Part shown: piece by piece, positions 61,201 through 64,000 of the stretch
Layout of the letters: every line of letters starts with the position of its first letter
Position numbering within the stretch: the stretch's first letter is position 1
Assembly: GCA_040954595.2 (NCBI GenBank)
Contig: CM082583.2
Span: 3,977,060-4,041,059, forward strand
Direction of reading: 5' to 3'
Source: Balanoglossus misakiensis
Taxonomy: Eukaryota; Animalia; Hemichordata
Length of the DNA: 64,000 nt
The notes under the pieces: generated by a model
What the model was told of the DNA's origin: nothing
The model's input: only the letters and a program-made list of their open reading frames with translations
Database searches by the model: none
Position numbers and translations under genes: made by a program

Positions 61201-64000
61201 TGGTTATTAAATCATTAGAGAAGCTGCCAGTAGATTTTGTCTGACCTTCATTTGGGGCGGGAAAAAAAACCATATCAATGCTGTGTCAGGGGCTAATGCA
61301 TGTTGAATCTGTTGTGGGCAATATTTTCCTGAACCAGGTATGAGGTAGTGGACAGAGACCCTAATCAAGTCGTTAATTGGCTGTACATGTACCTCTTTGT
61401 TCAAAAAGTCACCTGCCAATCATTCGGTTACATTTTATATGGTGTGTGTTGTGTGCTACTAAACACAGGGAAAAGGTAGCCCCAGTACATTGTATATGGT
61501 TCTGACCAATGTTTAGGAATGATCCACACCTATCACTATAGTATATGTAGACAGATATAATTATTTATTTTATTGTCTATACCTGTATTTCCCTTTCTAA
61601 CACATGATCTATTCAGTATCATGGTGCATTTAACGGCTTTGAAAGTTCACTCATTTTGATTTAATTTCCCCAGCCCTTTGAATTAAATCGAGTTATCTTT
61701 CAAACATTCCAGGAATCTGTAGTGTGCAATTAAAAGATAATTGCCTTCATTTTCTTATCTTGTATAATGGCAGACATCATTACCTAGTACTGTAGTGCAA
61801 CACAGCATTGGCAATATACCGACAGCCACACCAGTGCAGGCTCTTCAGCAAGCACAGCTACGTCACAATCAGGTTCAGCCGCAGATCCAGATCCAGGCAC
61901 AGCTGCAACCACAGATACAGCTGCATCAGCCCCACCCTCAGCCTCAGGTTCAGATCCCGGCATCGGTGGCTGGCATCAGACTGTCGCCGGCGAAAGAGAC
62001 GTACGCCCCGCAGCAGTCACAACACCAGCAGAAGCGGAGATTCACGGAAGATCCGTCGCAAGACGAAAAACCGGAAGATGAGCTTCTTGGATACCAGGTT
62101 GTATTGCATGGCTTCCATAATGTGCCTCCCTCACCTCTTAATGCGTTTCAGAACAGCTGCATGTGTCCGCCAGAAAAGAACGATGCGATAGAAATTCATT
62201 GCTCAGTTTCGATTGCAAGTTGAACTCAAGCTGTGTGTGAACTTAGAAGAACTTATTCGTCAGAAGGACTGTACCATATGATTGATGTTGACTGTGAATG
62301 GTGGTTGGAAGTGAAATGTGAATATTCACAAGAACATCTGTGTATCCAAACAACATGTCGATTGATACCAAATGAGTTGCATTCTCTTAGATGTACACCT
62401 TCTGAAGTTGGAATATCGATGAAATACAGTTACATTACCACAATTTAACACCTTCTCAATTTCAGGGAAAATATTCTTTTTTGGTACAATCAGCCTTTCT
62501 ATAGTATCAAGAAAAAAAAGTTTCTTTTTCCTTAGCGTCTGTGGAATTCAACGACTTTGTGTTCTTTTCCAGAGAGTATTAAACAACTCTTTCCCTTTCA
62601 CAGGACCAGCTTTTCAGTTTCAACGTTGATTTTTATTTTGAAATGACCGAGCGTATCATTGTCGGCTGACCACCACTTTCTTTCCCATCTGTATAGCATG
62701 GTCCTCCTCACTTGACTAATCTAGGTGCAGTGCCTGGGAATAACTCTCAAGCCGGTCACGTAGTGCAGGTGCAGCAACAACCGCCGTTACTAAGGGCAAC
62801 GGGACAGCACATCTTACAAACACCATTACAGATCCCACAAGGAATGCCACAAATCCTAAGGGATAGGTAAGATACCACAAAAAAAAGATGATATTTGTTT
62901 TTGTTTTTTTTCACTTGATATCATTGTTGGCCTTTCCTGCTTCACCCGACCATCCAGCCGATTGCCACTAACACAATCATGTTTTTTAAATTTTTCTCTT
63001 TATCAATAACAAACAATTTTGCATGGCATCATTAAAATAACCTAGCATTCTACATTCATAACTTTTTACTGTTTCATTTTTCCTAGTCAACCAACGAATT
63101 TGTGGTCTTGGTGTGTTTTGTTGATAAATAAATCTCCCTTTTACAGTTTTGTGTCTGTATTATTATACCTGTGGTTATATCTGGAGTGCAATCATGTTAT
63201 GAAGCATTGATACTCATGTATTGTTTTTGCAAAAAAAAATTCCTTGCTGACATCTTTAAATATTTTTTTATTTTTAAACACCCCCCTGTTTTGCATCACG
63301 ACAACCCCATGATCGCTTTAACTTCGTCCTGTACTTTAATCTCTCAACACAGACGTTTTTATATCTGTCTGCCTGTTTGTCTGTCTGTCTTCATCCTTAT
63401 GCTCAGTGGTGGTTGATAGAATAGAGGTGAAATAAAAACATTCTGGAAAAAAAGAGGATGGATGTAGTAAAAGAGTAAAAGAATCAGCCAGGGCAAAGAT
63501 GGCGCCTAACTCTACATCTGATTTTAATCAGATTGGGCATGGATGTACTCCACTTTCTTGTCTGTGTCAACTTCCACTTGAGCATAAAAGCTGATTAATT
63601 TTCGTGTAGAGGTTTTTGAAAGGAGTTTTCTTTCAGGATGATGACACTGAGATGTAGATTTACACTGCTTTATTCTCTCAGGCCTGTGCAAATTCTCACA
63701 CTTCCAGTCATTAGAGCTAAATTTGTTTGTGCCTAGTAAGCACCTTTATTTTTAATACCAGGCTAATCATTGCTCGTTTCAATTTTCATAGCATTTGATA
63801 GATAATGTAGTTATAGCATCTTGTTCATTCTAGGAGATGGCCTCAAAGTGAATCGATACACTGGTAGTTCAGACACCTACATCAGCATCCAGTGGTACAT
63901 GTATTCTCATTGAAATAGGATCTTTGATATTCTTTCCCCGTTTACACTTTTTTTCGCTTTTCAGCAAGTTGATGCCACCACCAATGCCATCGATCAATAT
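55211..64000 (+). CDS. KHDC4: KH homology domain-containing protein 4 (KIAA0907/Blom7), 5' part. Exons 55211-55221, 55651-55828, 56977-57087, 57295-57374, 57631-57683, 57961-58160, 58454-58540, 59216-59401, 59742-59826, 60245-60466, 60841-61055, 61773-62097, 62697-62866, 63965->64000
   Basis: [157 protein letters not shown]. Confidence 0.95.
56035..56481. mobile_element. Hairpin family H1, full copy in a KHDC4 intron
   Basis: Nearly identical to 413-858 in the same orientation. Confidence 0.88.
58180..58376. mobile_element. Left half of a K1 MITE
   Basis: TTAAAGGGACAAAGTCTCTCT...CCATTTATTCAT. Confidence 0.82.
60940..61029 (+). repeat. CAA/CAG polyglutamine tract in a KHDC4 exon
   Basis: [30 protein letters not shown]. 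Confidence 0.9.

Overview
AT-rich, intron-rich animal genomic DNA, not prokaryotic. Gene content and repeat style suggest an invertebrate, probably an ambulacrarian deuterostome; this is inference. Five spliced genes were reconstructed by hand from GT-AG sites and frame/phase continuity. (1) The last two exons of TTC21B/IFT139 (+). (2) A 45-exon GRL101-like LDLa-LRR GPCR of about 3,030 aa (+, 5183-30158). It has a giant mosaic ectodomain (5 C-type lectin, 1 unnamed domain, 2 EGF, 4 FA58C, PAN, 3 CUB, 7 LDLa, LRRs) and a cytoplasmic tail that looks like a degenerate protein-kinase C-lobe. (3) A helical-rod / ZU5-like / death-domain protein of about 976 aa, DTHD1-like (+, 33684-39342). (4) A convergent TNF-receptor-superfamily gene of about 365 aa with no death domain (-, 50640-41955), downstream of an IRF/ETS/CRE-rich region. 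(5) The 5' part of KHDC4 (+, from 55211). Many non-autonomous DNA elements (MITEs, hairpin elements) lie in introns. The GPCR gene is bracketed by a diverged direct duplication of about 300-400 bp. The most interesting signal is the lectin/discoidin/CUB-rich GPCR fused to a pseudokinase-like lobe, inside a putative innate-immune gene neighbourhood. All gene models are manual predictions without transcript evidence.
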